DNA from: Camelus ferus
Taxonomy: Eukaryota
Direction: 5' to 3'
Assembly: GCF_009834535.1 (NCBI RefSeq)
Contig: NC_045697.1
Span: 29,886,001-29,950,000, forward strand
Length of the DNA stretch: 64,000 bases
Shown here: piece by piece, positions 25,453 through 36,895 of the stretch
How the letters are laid out: each line of letters begins with the position of its first letter
Numbering within the stretch: the first letter of the stretch is position 1
Made by a program: the position numbers and the translations under genes
Notes under the pieces: model-generated
Database searches by the model: none
What the model was told of the DNA's origin: nothing
What the model saw: only the letters and a program-made list of their open reading frames with translations

Positions 25453-26750
25453 TTGATTGATACAAAATTGAATTTTTATTTTATTTAGGGAGGTTTGATC
25501 TATTTATAATGTTGAATGTTTCTAATCAGGAACCAGATAAATTTCTCATTTTATGTAAGACCTATTTACATCACTTTGTCAATTAAATGTTATAGATTTG
25601 GGGCACTTGGAAAATTACAATATTTGGATGACAACAGCAGAATAAGAATATTAGGTGAACTATGTTAGAAAAATTAGGTAGATATGAGAATGGAATGGGG
25701 TACCTGGCATATAGTTGGCACTCCATAAATGTCTGTGTATCAGATTTGCTGGAAGGAGTAAAATGGTAAGGTAGAAAATTTAATTTTGCAACGTAAAAGT
25801 TGTAGGAAATGTTGCTGTATAATCTAGGGGTCCTTACATATTTGAATTAGTCTAAAATTGTCCTTTATCAGACTAAGCTTTAAACTAGATCACTTACTTT
25901 TGTGTATAGCTTATCATAGAAGAAGTAGAGGAGCTGAAATACTATTATGAAGAAAGAGTTTGCATAAAAAAATTCATTACCACTAGGGTCTCCTTTTCCT
26001 TTTTCTGTTAGTCTTTGGAAATACAGATGATTGAAAATTATTTACATTATATGGGGGGAAAAAAGAAATACTCTCAAAAGGTGTTTTAAAAGCATTTATT
26101 TTCATGGACAAAAGAAAACTCAAGCTCACCTCCTGCTATGTATCCTATTGCATTTCCAGCTCCTGGGAGTCTTCCCCGCTCCTGGATCCTCCCCTTCCCA
26201 GTTGAGTACGGGTTTAGGAATGTTTTGAGGATAGGCCTGTTGTGTCAACATGCGGCATTTCGTATTTCATCTCAAATCCTGTAGGTGAAAGGAGAAATAT
26301 TTCCTGTTTTGAAAACATGGGAATCCTTTGCATTTCACAGACGTGCACTTCCTGGTTTCAGCGTTGCCTTGATACTTGCTACCTTATTACGGTGCTCAGT
26401 TTAACCTTCTACCTTTTGGGTAGCACTGCATATTCAGTTAGTGCATAATTTGCTTTACTTTCTTCTTTCTATGCTGCAGGAAAATTCATCTCTGTAGTTA
26501 AGCGCCATCCGCCCCATCCTCTTACTTTTGGGGCGCCTCTGACAGCTTAGGGTGTGTTTCTCAAGGGAGTCTTCGCTTGTCCCTTTGCTTCCTCAGAAGC
26601 CCTAGGGCGAGCTTTCTGGATGGACTCTTTTCTTTTCACCATTAATCAACCCAGGCCCTGCCTGGCTCTTCCTCTAGGCTCAAGCTCTAGTCTATAGAAC
26701 CCCCACCCCCTCAGTACAGAAAGAACTGTAAAAAGGCAAAGCGTGCACTC

Positions 26751-26764
26751 GCTACCATGGCAAC
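26751..26764. promoter_or_regulatory. RFX X-box motif
   Basis: GCTACCATGGCAAC, 12 of 14 match to GTTGCCATGGCAAC. Confidence 0.5.
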
Positions 26765-27859
26765 CACCGCCTGCCACTTCTTAGCTCCTTTTTGAAGTTA
26801 TTTCCTAGTTGTGAAGACTCATTTGCATGAAGTTATCAAATAGCTGGGCTCAGTGTTCTCACTGTTCCCAGTGCTCATTTGAAGGCTTTGCCTTGCTTCC
26901 TTTCAGACCCTTTACTGTAGCTGTTTGGTGCATAGGTTTCTCCACTGCAGATACCTAGAATATTTCCCCTGCCAATGGCCTCTAGAGCATTTCCTTGTTG
27001 CTAGACTTACAAGTCCCTCTGTGTGAGGCGGTGCATCAGCTTGTTATGCACCCTAAGTGTGAAAATGTCTCGTGGATGATGAATTGGCTGTAAATCTAAA
27101 GTAGGGTGGTATCTTCTAAAGTTCAGACTTAACACATGATAGCTCACTTTGGGCCAATGTGAAAGCAAAAATTCTTTACTCCTCCTAATGATGGTTGACC
27201 TACAAACAGCTCTCAGGGGTTGCTGTAATTCCTACCATTAGTGTGGATGGACATGTCCAGAAGATCATGGGAAAACACAGAACTGTGTGCAGGCAATGAG
27301 GGTCAGCACATGGATGGCTTCTAATGATGTGACCAGGCATTTGAGGTTACTTCTTTTGGATGACCATTGAAGCAAGAATCCTAAACTCTTTGAGGTCATG
27401 TGATTCCTGAGTCCCTTTTTATAACTTTTGCACCAAATAGATTTCTCACTCCACTCTGAATACCTTCAGGGTCTGGAAAGTCACCCGTTTTGGGGGGATC
27501 CCATTCTATCTTTGGCCGCCTGCTACACTAGTAGCTGTTTCTTGTTGAGATTGCCTTTCTAAGGGCTGCCGTTGTATCGGCTTATTTCTGGGTTTTCCAA
27601 CCATTTAGATTCCCTGGGCAGCATGCAAACATTTGCATTTGCTGTTGTGCAGCTAGAGGAGACAGAAGGAAGGAAAGATGTGCCCAAGCGAAACTCAGGA
27701 GGCATGCACCCAAGCTCATATGAAATGTTGATTTGTTGATTCGTTGAACAGACTTTTGAAGACTGATGACTTTTGAGGCATAGTACTAGATGCCGAGGAC
27801 TTAGAGATAATCGGCTTTAGAGCTTCTAGTCTCTCCAGGAGAGGAAGTAAATATAATGT

Positions 27860-28430
27860 CTGTTTGAAGCCCACTCTATGCCTCTTCCGAATTCCATTCT
27901 CTTTCTTTATTTAGAAGCAACCACTAGCCTGATTTTGGTTTTTATCACTTTTATATTTTTACTGTGTAGGTGTATGTATAATATTGTTTTGTATGTTTTT
28001 GAGCTTTATAGAAATAGTAACACACTGACTGTATCATTTTGTAACTTACTTTCTTTGCCTTCGGGGCTTATTGGTGTCATTCAAATTCATAATTTTTACT
28101 ACTGAGTTTTATTATATGAAAATACCATTATTTATTGATGCCATCTGCTAGTAAACACTTAGGGTGTTTCTGTTTTTCACCGTAGAAATCCTTGATGCAC
28201 TGAACAATTTAGCTTATGCTCCTGTACAAGAGTTTCTCTGGGTATATTTGTGTCATTGTTGCATCATGTGAGCTGTATTCTCTTCAGCCTTTCTAGATTT
28301 TGATCAGTTAGTTGCTTCTCAAACTGATTATGCCGACTTACTTTCTCACCATGATGGTATTTGAGTTTCAGTTCCTTACGTTTTCACTAACACTGAGGTT
28401 TGTTGTCTTTTTTGATGCTAGCCTTTATGA
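27860..28430 (-). mobile_element. Old L1 (L1ME-like) 3' region
   Basis: gaagcaaccactagcctgattttgg...tttgagctttatagaaatag...caagagtttctctgggtata. Confidence 0.7.
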
Positions 28431-28989
28431 TATTTGCATGCTCCATGAACTTTTATCTTTTCATCATACTTAGTTAATGTTCTTGTCAAACTGTAGATTC
28501 TAAAAGGCAGGGACAGTGTGTGTTTACTCACCACTCCACCCCCCAGGAGTTACCTAAATCCAACCCCTTCATCCCTCTCCTGTGGTGCAAGGCCAGTTTC
28601 AGATGCTGTATCTTCCGTGAGCGCTCAGAATCAGATGGCTCTTCCTTCTTCGAGGATGAGCCTGAAGCATTTCGCTTACATCGCTTTCATGTTTGTCATA
28701 GACTGCCATATCTTATACCTAATCGTGCACTTTTCTGTTTCCCCCAATAGATTATCTAGTTCTTGAGGATAGAAAAGGTCTTACTCACCTTTGCAGCACC
28801 CACAGCCTTGTATGTTTTAGGTGCTTGGTAAATATTTGTGCATATGCTTCAGCGCCTGGTACATTCTGAGAAATCGTTCACACCCTTCTTACTTCATGAT
28901 ATTCAGTTGGGGTTGCCAACAAAAGATATGCACTTATTGTGAGCTGTTGATCGGTAGCCAGATGATGTTCTAGAAGATCTGCAGAAAGA

Positions 28990-29290
28990 GGGGAACTTTT
29001 CACCCCACACCTGCCCCAGTGCTGGGATTACCAGTCTCTTTATCTTTGTCAGTAGGATAGAGAGAAAATGGCATTTCTGCTTTAATTTACTTTGAGCATC
29101 AGTTAAGTTGGGCATCTTGTAAATATCATCATATTATCTTATGAATACATATATATATATTCCTTTTGTAAGATTTCTGTTCATGTCCTTTGTTCTCTCC
29201 TCTTTGGGGGTGTTTGTCTTATTGTTTGCATGACCTCCTTCTACATTAACAATTTTAACACTTTTTCATGTTGCCAATTTATTTGTTATA
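28990..29290 (-). mobile_element. Old L1 fragment
   Basis: aaatggcatttctgctttaatttac...ttctgttcatgtcctttg. Confidence 0.65.
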
Positions 29291-29329
29291 TAAAGCTTGA
29301 TTCTTGGAATGAATTTCCTGCCTGAGTAC

Positions 29330-29670
29330 CTCCACTCGTACTGTTTCTCTGGAAGGAATATTCTTCCCTTTTCCGCTTTTCTCTTCCTCTTCCACCCTTT
29401 ACTTCTTGCTCCACTCCCTCTGATGCTCTTAACCTGGTCAATTTCTGCTCATCCTTCGGAGCTAAGTTTAAACACCATTGCTTTAGAGAGGCCTGTCCAA
29501 TTCTGCCCTCCCACTTCACGTAAACCGCCCCCCCCACCATTATCCTCTTCCGTAACTGCCTTCATGTCTCTTCATGGGCCTTACCACTATTTGCAATTAC
29601 GCATATGCTTAATGTTTTTATCCACCACTACGATGTAAATCCCTTCAAGGGCTGGGATAGAGTCTGCCTG
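29330..29670 (+). mobile_element. L2 fragment
   Basis: gtttctctggaaggaatattcttccc...ctcatccttcggagctaagtttaaacacc. Confidence 0.6.
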
Positions 29671-31964
29671 ATAAATAAGAGACTGAGTAAATTTAACAGC
29701 CAAGTGATTCTCTTTGATCATTCCTTTATTAAATTAAACTAAAATTTAATTTCTGTTTATCAGTTGGTAGAGAACTTCTTAAAAGACTTCCACTTGCATT
29801 CCAAAAAAATTGTGTGTTTGCTAAATGGAAATTCATAAAAATGGAGCTTTTTCAAATGGGTGGATGATCAAGAGAGAGAGAATGTGCATCTGGAAGCAAA
29901 ACAGCTGCATTTCTGGGAGGAGGTGCGGCCAGCTGTTCACCCTGTGCCGCCGCCGCCGCACCCCTCCTGGTGTGTTTGCCCAGGAGGCTCTGGAGAAATC
30001 TGTAGCATTTGAACAGCCCTCTGAGTGTGACTCAAGGCTGTGTGTCTAGTGGCAGTGCACATTTCACAGCTACTTCTAAAAGATAAAGCAGAGACATAAG
30101 CTATGCGAGGCACGTCAACATTCACAGCAGGCTAGTTTCTAGGGAGCACTTGTGAACCTGATCTGATTATTAGGCTATTTTCACACATGGTAGGTGTGCC
30201 TTAAGTTAGGCAATTCCATGCACAGTGGTGAGAAAACAGGAGACTGAAGTCCTAACCTTCTCTGATTCTGCATCAGATGTTTCGATAGCACAGAAAATGT
30301 ATTCCTTAGGGTTTTGTAGTTGTGTGTGTACGTGTGCATGAGCGTGTGTGTGAGAGTGCACGTGCAGGGATGTAGTCAGATGTAATGCAAATGTGTTTCT
30401 TTCACTGGTTAGTTTGGGGTTATTGACATGAATATTACAGATACTGCCATAAAATGTACTGTGTTTTTCTGTGGGTTTGACTGTTGTAAATATTTATGGG
30501 TAGTTTCTTTTCTAGAATAGTTTTCCCAGATTAGAAGGAAAACAATATCTGACTATTCTGAAAGATGAGGAAAGAAGAGGCTGCTATCAATTACAGTGTT
30601 TAAACGTATGGCGTTAGATAAAAGGGTGACTTGTTATTTAATATATCAAACAATATTGTGAATAAATTCTGGTTGACCACATCTGGGTGTGTTCCCTTTG
30701 ACCCTAAACGGAGAGGGGTGAGCCAGGAGTGATGAGGTTGGACCCAGTCCACGGGCAGAGAGGGTGGAGCTGGGCTGCATGGAGTGAAGAGAGATGCTGC
30801 TTGCATTGGTCCTTACAGCTGAGCCTGGGCATTTGGGGAGGACACTGCTTCCGTCCAGCTGTGTGCAAGATCAGCTACACATGCTCTTTACATATTACTT
30901 TAAATTGGCTTCTAAGAATCTGGCTTAGACTCTCAGCTGTTTCCGGGTGGTTGGCATCATTTATTTAGTCTTCTTTTAGATTTATTTTATACACTGCCCA
31001 AAATGGTTTTTAACAAACAAACAGCCATCCTGCAGACACGCTGATGAGGAACTCTGCACTTGTTTGCTTTGACTCAGTGCACAGCTAAATTTAATGCTCT
31101 GAGTCTGGTGGATTATTCAAGTCCTAAATTGTGAACTGCTGTGGTTAGTCTATAATGTCAAGAGTTTTGTTAATCATTTTGGCTACGTTAACCTGTTGCT
31201 AAGAACAGGCTCTTTGGCTTCAGACAAGATATCCAATGGTAATAGTTTCTGACGTGACCCTAAATATTTAGAAATTCCTTGTTCCTTTAGAATTGCTAGT
31301 ATAATATGATTACTTACCCATTTAGTGAATTTGTATTTTAACATTCCTTTATTTCTGATTTTATTTAGCTCCTGGATCTGAAACACTTGCCCCCTCCCCA
31401 TTTTTTTTTTTTTTGCCTTCATGGGTTTGGGTTCTTACAATATTGGTCGAACAGCTAGATCAGTATCTTTTATTACAATAATTTTTTAATCAGAATATTT
31501 GGTCATCAGAGTTTATAAAACTCATGACTCAATAGCAGCATGAGCTTCATCAGCTCTAATTTTGAAACATGGGTATGTTTATATTTCTCACACAGCTTAT
31601 TATTAATGTTTGTGTTAGGGTTCACAGCATATATTTTTATTAACAGAGAAAATGAACGATCCAGTCTGGTTCTCTGTTCTTATAGTTTTCAGAAACCTGT
31701 ACTACTCTAATGCATTTTCTTATTTCTCTTATAATGTTTCTTTGATTTTTTTTGAGGAATGATGTTTTCTTGCCCAAAAGAGCAACTGTGAATTTCCCAG
31801 GTGCAGCCAGTAATATTCCTTGTCTTAAGCAACTAATTAAACAAACTAAAAATTATAAGATTGACCTAGATGTAAAACAATACTGTGTGCCCTGGACCAT
31901 TCTTTGACCACTGTTGTAGTTTTGAGTAAGATACACTAAGGTCAAAGCAGGTAGAAGGTATTGC

Positions 31965-32320
31965 CTTTATCAGTTAGCTATTGCTGCGTAACATACCGTC
32001 TGCTCTAGTACTGTGCCTGCTTAACAAATTCCCCCAAAACTTAGTGGCTGAAAACAATGACAGACTTTATTTCACTCACAAATCTGCAATTTGGTCAGAC
32101 CTCTGCAGAGATGGCTTGTCTCTGTTCCATTCAGCATCAACTGGGTCAGCTCAAAGGCTGAGGGCTGGAATTGTTTGAAGCTTACTTGCTTACATGTCTC
32201 ATCATTGATGCTAGAGGCCAGCTGAGACCTTAGCTAGGACTGTCACCATAGCACCTGCATGTGGCCTCTCCATTTGGCCTGGGCTTCCTCATGATATGGG
32301 GGCTGGGTTCAAGGACAAGG
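31965..32320 (-). mobile_element. MaLR LTR (MLT1F/G/H-like)
   Basis: tcagttagctattgctgcgtaac...caaaacttagtggc...catgtggcctctccatttggcctgggcttcctca. Confidence 0.85.
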
Positions 32321-32809
32321 ACAATATTCTGTTACTATGTAGGAAGGAGAGGCCAACCAGCACTCTGTCATCAGAGCTAGGGCACACAAAGGAAAGGGAC
32401 CACTTGGAAACTGGGCACTGCAAACCTAAAAATTCAGAATTCACGCATTGATTAGATACAGGGGAAATGTCTGTGTTTTCTTTATAACAGGAAAGTAACA
32501 TCATCGTAACAAATCTAGTGAGTTTATTGGACACATAGCTCTCAATTTAGACAAGTTTCTGAACTATTTTAACTTCTCAATGGTTAATTAATTTTATCTT
32601 GCTTTCACAGTCTTACTAACATTATTCTCCTTATGGTAAATTTGATCATCTCGTTTTATAGGTATAGACTATTTCTTTCTGGAGACCAGAATAAGACCTA
32701 GAGGGAGATTATGGATCTGAGATTTTTACCTCCATGACTAAGGGAAATTATGTGCATTTTAACTAGGTCCATTATACCACTGATTTGAGAGATGATGTCA
32801 TATTAATAA

Positions 32810-33050
32810 GAACTAATATTGATTGAGCACTTAGTATATTCCAGGCACTGTTGTAATCATTGTATATAAATAGCTCATTTAATCCTCCCAGTAGTACTAT
32901 GAAGGAAATATTTTTATTATTTTAATTTTATAGGTGAGGAAATAGTAGCCCAGGTGAAGTAGCTCATCCCAAATCATACGGATATTAAGTGCTGGAGCAG
33001 AGTTAAACCATAGATAGTTTGGCTGTAGAATCCATGTCCCTAACCATGGT
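32810..33050 (-). mobile_element. MIR SINE
   Basis: attgagcacttag..ccaggcactg..ctcatttaatcctc..ataggtgaggaa. Confidence 0.85.
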
Positions 33051-33694
33051 GAAGGTAGAGAATTTGGGTAAAGCCTAGGCCTTTGACTTCTGTTTCTTCT
33101 GAGAAATCACATATGCTGCATCTGTGAAGAGTTGTATAAATGAATTCAACAAATATTTGCAAGTCATCTGAAAGTTATTTGTAAAAGTCACTCTTAGATG
33201 CTGATGAGAGATTTGAAAAAAATCTCTAAAATGCCCTTTTCACCCAAAGACTTTACAAAATTGTAAAGGTATTAAAATAAGAACACAACTAGAACATAAG
33301 CCAAACAATGGATAAATGAATGAGAACCTATGAAATGGGGAGCTTCAGAGAAAGGCTAGGCAACTGTACTTTGGAAACAGCAGGCAATTAATAAATATCT
33401 ATTATGCTAAAATTAAATCGAATTTTGAATAGGTCTTGAGACACACCTGAGGGATAGAATAGGGGTGAGAAAACACTAATCACACATGTAGGGGAAACAG
33501 CATATAGTCAGTCTGGATATGAATAAGGAGAAAGTAGGGCTATGACTGGAAAGGTGATTAAAGCTGGATTGCTGAGAATCTTTTTTGAAGATCAAGCTGA
33601 GGAAGTTGAACTTTTTCCTGAGACAATGGGGAGTTAACTGACAGTGTCTGAATAGTGCACAAGAGGGGAAGGAATTTGCATGACCTTATGTGAA

Positions 33695-33890
33695 CTCTCA
33701 AGTCATGCTGAGTCACTTAGTTGCTGTTTAACCTGTGTAAGCTGCTCTCTAAGCCTCATTAGACTCAGTTATAAAATGGGGATAAAAATACTGGCCTTTT
33801 AGGGTTTTATTAGGAAAAATAAGCTATGATATGTAAAAATCCCAAAGTAATGCTTGACACTCAAGCACTATGTAAATGATGATTGCTAAT
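33695..33890 (+). mobile_element. MIR SINE
   Basis: cacttagttgctg...taaaatggggataaaaatac...tagggtttt. Confidence 0.7.
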
Positions 33891-34021
33891 GTACTTTAAT
33901 ATCATGTACTATTTTGATGGTGAAGATGATGATTATGGCTGATTTCATGGCAGCAGTTATCAGGATGAATTAAAGTTAAAGAAGAAACTCCAGTTAGGAT
34001 ACCTAACTCCAGTTAGGTATC

Positions 34022-34554
34022 ACTTTTCAGTAAGGAAAGCAAAAACCATATTGGATATTTTAACAGAAGGAATTTAATAGAGGGAATTGGTTAAGTGAGT
34101 GGTTTAAAGGCTAAGAAGCCAAATGGGACAGTGAGCCAACCCAGAGATAAGTAATAGCAGAAAGCTGCTACAATTCCTAGAGCTGAAGGGACACAGGGAG
34201 AAGATAGTATTACCTGAGCCCAGAGACTGAGGCTGCCCAGAGGGAGCTAGAACTGCGGTGAAGGCTGCCAACGAGAGCTGGCAATGTGGAGGGAGGGGCT
34301 GACTCACAAGCTGGAGCTGTGGAGGGGAGGTGACTACTGCTGGAGATACCATTTGGGGCAAAGCTAGGGAGGGAGAAGCTCCCTGGCTTTTCTGTTCATC
34401 CTGCCCTAGTCTTCACTAAAGCTTCTCACTGACTACTGACCTGGAAGCCAGTTGCCAATAGAAGCCAGGAATTACAAGTCCCCTGTGATATAAAGCAGAG
34501 ATGGGGTTTGGGCAGTAGAAAGTAGATCTGAGAGCAAACAAATAACTGTCACAG
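34022..34554 (-). mobile_element. ERVL LTR (LTR41/LTR40-like)
   Basis: Reverse strand begins tgtgacagttatttgtttgctctcagatc; aggaatttaatagagggaattggtt...aacccagagat. Confidence 0.7.
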
Positions 34555-34571
34555 ATGGAATTGGCTATATC

Positions 34572-34762
34572 TATGCTGTCCAGTATGGTAGCCATTGGGC
34601 ACATGTGGCTGTTTGAATTAAATAAAATTTTAAATTCAGTTTCTTAGGTGCACTAGCTGCATTTCAAGTGTTTAGTAACCACATGTGGCTGGTGGCTACC
34701 ATATTGGACAACACAGATACAGAACATTTCCATCGTTGCAGAAAGTTTATTGGGTAGTGCTG
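34572..34762 (-). mobile_element. MER3 (hAT-Charlie MITE)
   Basis: Internal inverted ccagtatggtagcca / tggctaccatattgg; gaacatttccatcgttgcagaaagt. Confidence 0.88.
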
Positions 34763-34899
34763 ATTTATAAGCGGTCATGAAGGGTGTATCAGGGTAGCGC
34801 AAATAGAAGATAAATTCAGATTTGAGAGGCAGTGAAGGGGTAAAGTGAATAGACCTCGTGAAATGATGGAATGATGGACGGAGAGGGAACAAGAAGACA

Positions 34900-35680
34900 G
34901 GTACTACAGATGGTCTCTCACAGTAGTGTTAGAAGTGACAGGGAACCCAGGAGAAGAATCTGCTTTGGGGTGGGGGGAATTCGAAGCTTGTTTTGGCCCA
35001 TGGTGGGTTTGAGGATCCTGCAAGCTATATGTGTGAAGCTATCTAGGCACCATATTTGGGTCTAGTTAGCAAGTGGGCTAGAAATATAAATGTAAAACTT
35101 GCTCTCATAGAAGTGATAGCTGTGCTCTAGGGAAGAGAGCCACCCACTAAGGATTTGTGAATTTGTTTAAGGGTACAGGTGCAGACAGAGTAGACCATGT
35201 GGTCTAAGCTTTGGCAAATCAGAAGATGGTGATTCCATTGAAAATTGTCAGTCATGCAGCCCAGGTGCCAAGAAAGGTCATTGAAGCCAAAATAGAAGCA
35301 ATGGGATAGGAGAAAAGGGTGATTGGCAATCTTGATGGAAATGAAAAGTTGATCCAGTAGGAGTGAGGTAGTGTCAAGAATAAGTGGACAGCAGGGAAGC
35401 AGATGCTTTAGGAAACCTTCTGAGTTCAAGATCTTCCAGGAGATGCTGCACACTGTGGGGTGCAGGTGAGGTTTGAGGTGAGGCAGACGTGAGATGGAGG
35501 AGCCTCTCATTTGTAAAGAAGAGATGCTAAGACTTAAATCCTTTTAGAAGTTGAAATTACTGTGGATTTGTCCACTAAATAAATATTTTCAAACATTTAC
35601 TGTGTGACCAGCACTGTGATAGGCATTAGGCATAGCGAATTAAAGACACAGCCCCGCCGCTTCAAGAAATGCATAGAGTA
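34900..35680 (-). mobile_element. L2 fragments
   Basis: ttgttttggcccatggtgggtttgagg...gattggcaatcttg...; L2 tail at 35575-35680. Confidence 0.6.
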
Positions 35681-36669
35681 AGAATCTAACCTAAAGAGAG
35701 AATCTCCTTGCGTGAAGGTGGGGTGGATCTCGTTAAAAATGTTGGTGCTGGGCCCACCCGCAGAGAGTCTGCGAGATTTGTGGTCGGAAGACAGGAAATG
35801 GAGGGCAGGCTGAGACAGCAGGACTGAGAGAAAGAAGGTGGTTCTGGTCCTGACTGGAGGATTGCTCTAACCCGGGTCTAGGCTACAGAAGCTTTTAAGA
35901 AGAAGGAAGGACAGAGACAGGAGGCAGGTTCTTGACCCACGTGAGGGTGAGAAAAAAGGCAAACAGGCAGATTTTTGTTTCTGGACGGGTTGGCAGAACT
36001 AGTTAGTCCTAAAATTCTAGGAATGATATTTCTACCCGGCCTTTGAGCTAATATTTAATAAAGGTAAATGTTTCCATCTATAGGATGGACTTAAGGTGAC
36101 TCAGTCATGGCATTCAAAAAATGAGATGGTGAGCACTTTCAGTTTATGATGAAGTCGGAGCGTTACCAGCAGACTCCGGTGCTCCTTGCTGCTTCTGCTC
36201 CCCGGGATCCCCTCCCTCCATACACTCACTCAATTCAGTCTTTGCAAAGAGTGACCTTCTTTGATCACCAGTTCCTCTGCCCATCAGTCCTCTCTTGACT
36301 CACTTGTGTGCTGTGATAAGTGGCTGAGATGTGTCCTGTGGGCATTTCCTTTTGTAGATAAGCCTTTTATTTCAGTTTGTGTAGCTGATGTTTACAGCCG
36401 AAGGCACTTGCGTGGTGGCAAGGAAATGCCTGCCCAGATGAACTTCCTGCTCTTCCCAGTTCCCCTCGGACCTGGATGGGGCAGGCGCTGCCCAATGGCC
36501 ATTTGGAAATTGCTGGGTTGTTTTGTTTTGCTTCCAAACAAACAAATGATTTCTGAATGGCTCTCTTGTTCCTAGTTTCTTTCCATTTGTTTAATGATCA
36601 AGATACAATAATCTGGTTTGTTTATTGTTTGTGGAAATAGTGATGGCAAACATGTACGTAGTGGATACC

Positions 36670-36895
36670 GCATGCAGGTCCTCTTCTAAACACTAGTACT
36701 TCCTAAACACCTAGGAATTCATTGACTCTTCACAAAAACATTATGAATTGGGCACTGTTGTTATCTTTAATTTACCAATGAGGAAACTGAGGCAGAGAGT
36801 GTTTGAGGATCACTTGTGTGAAGGGGGAAGTGGAGGAACAGGGTTTCAGACCCTGGTGGTCTGGCTCTAGAATCCACGCTCTTAGCCATGTTTCT
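36670..36895 (-). mobile_element. MIR SINE
   Basis: atgaggaaactgaggcagagag...tctggctctagaatccacgctcttagcca. Confidence 0.88.
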
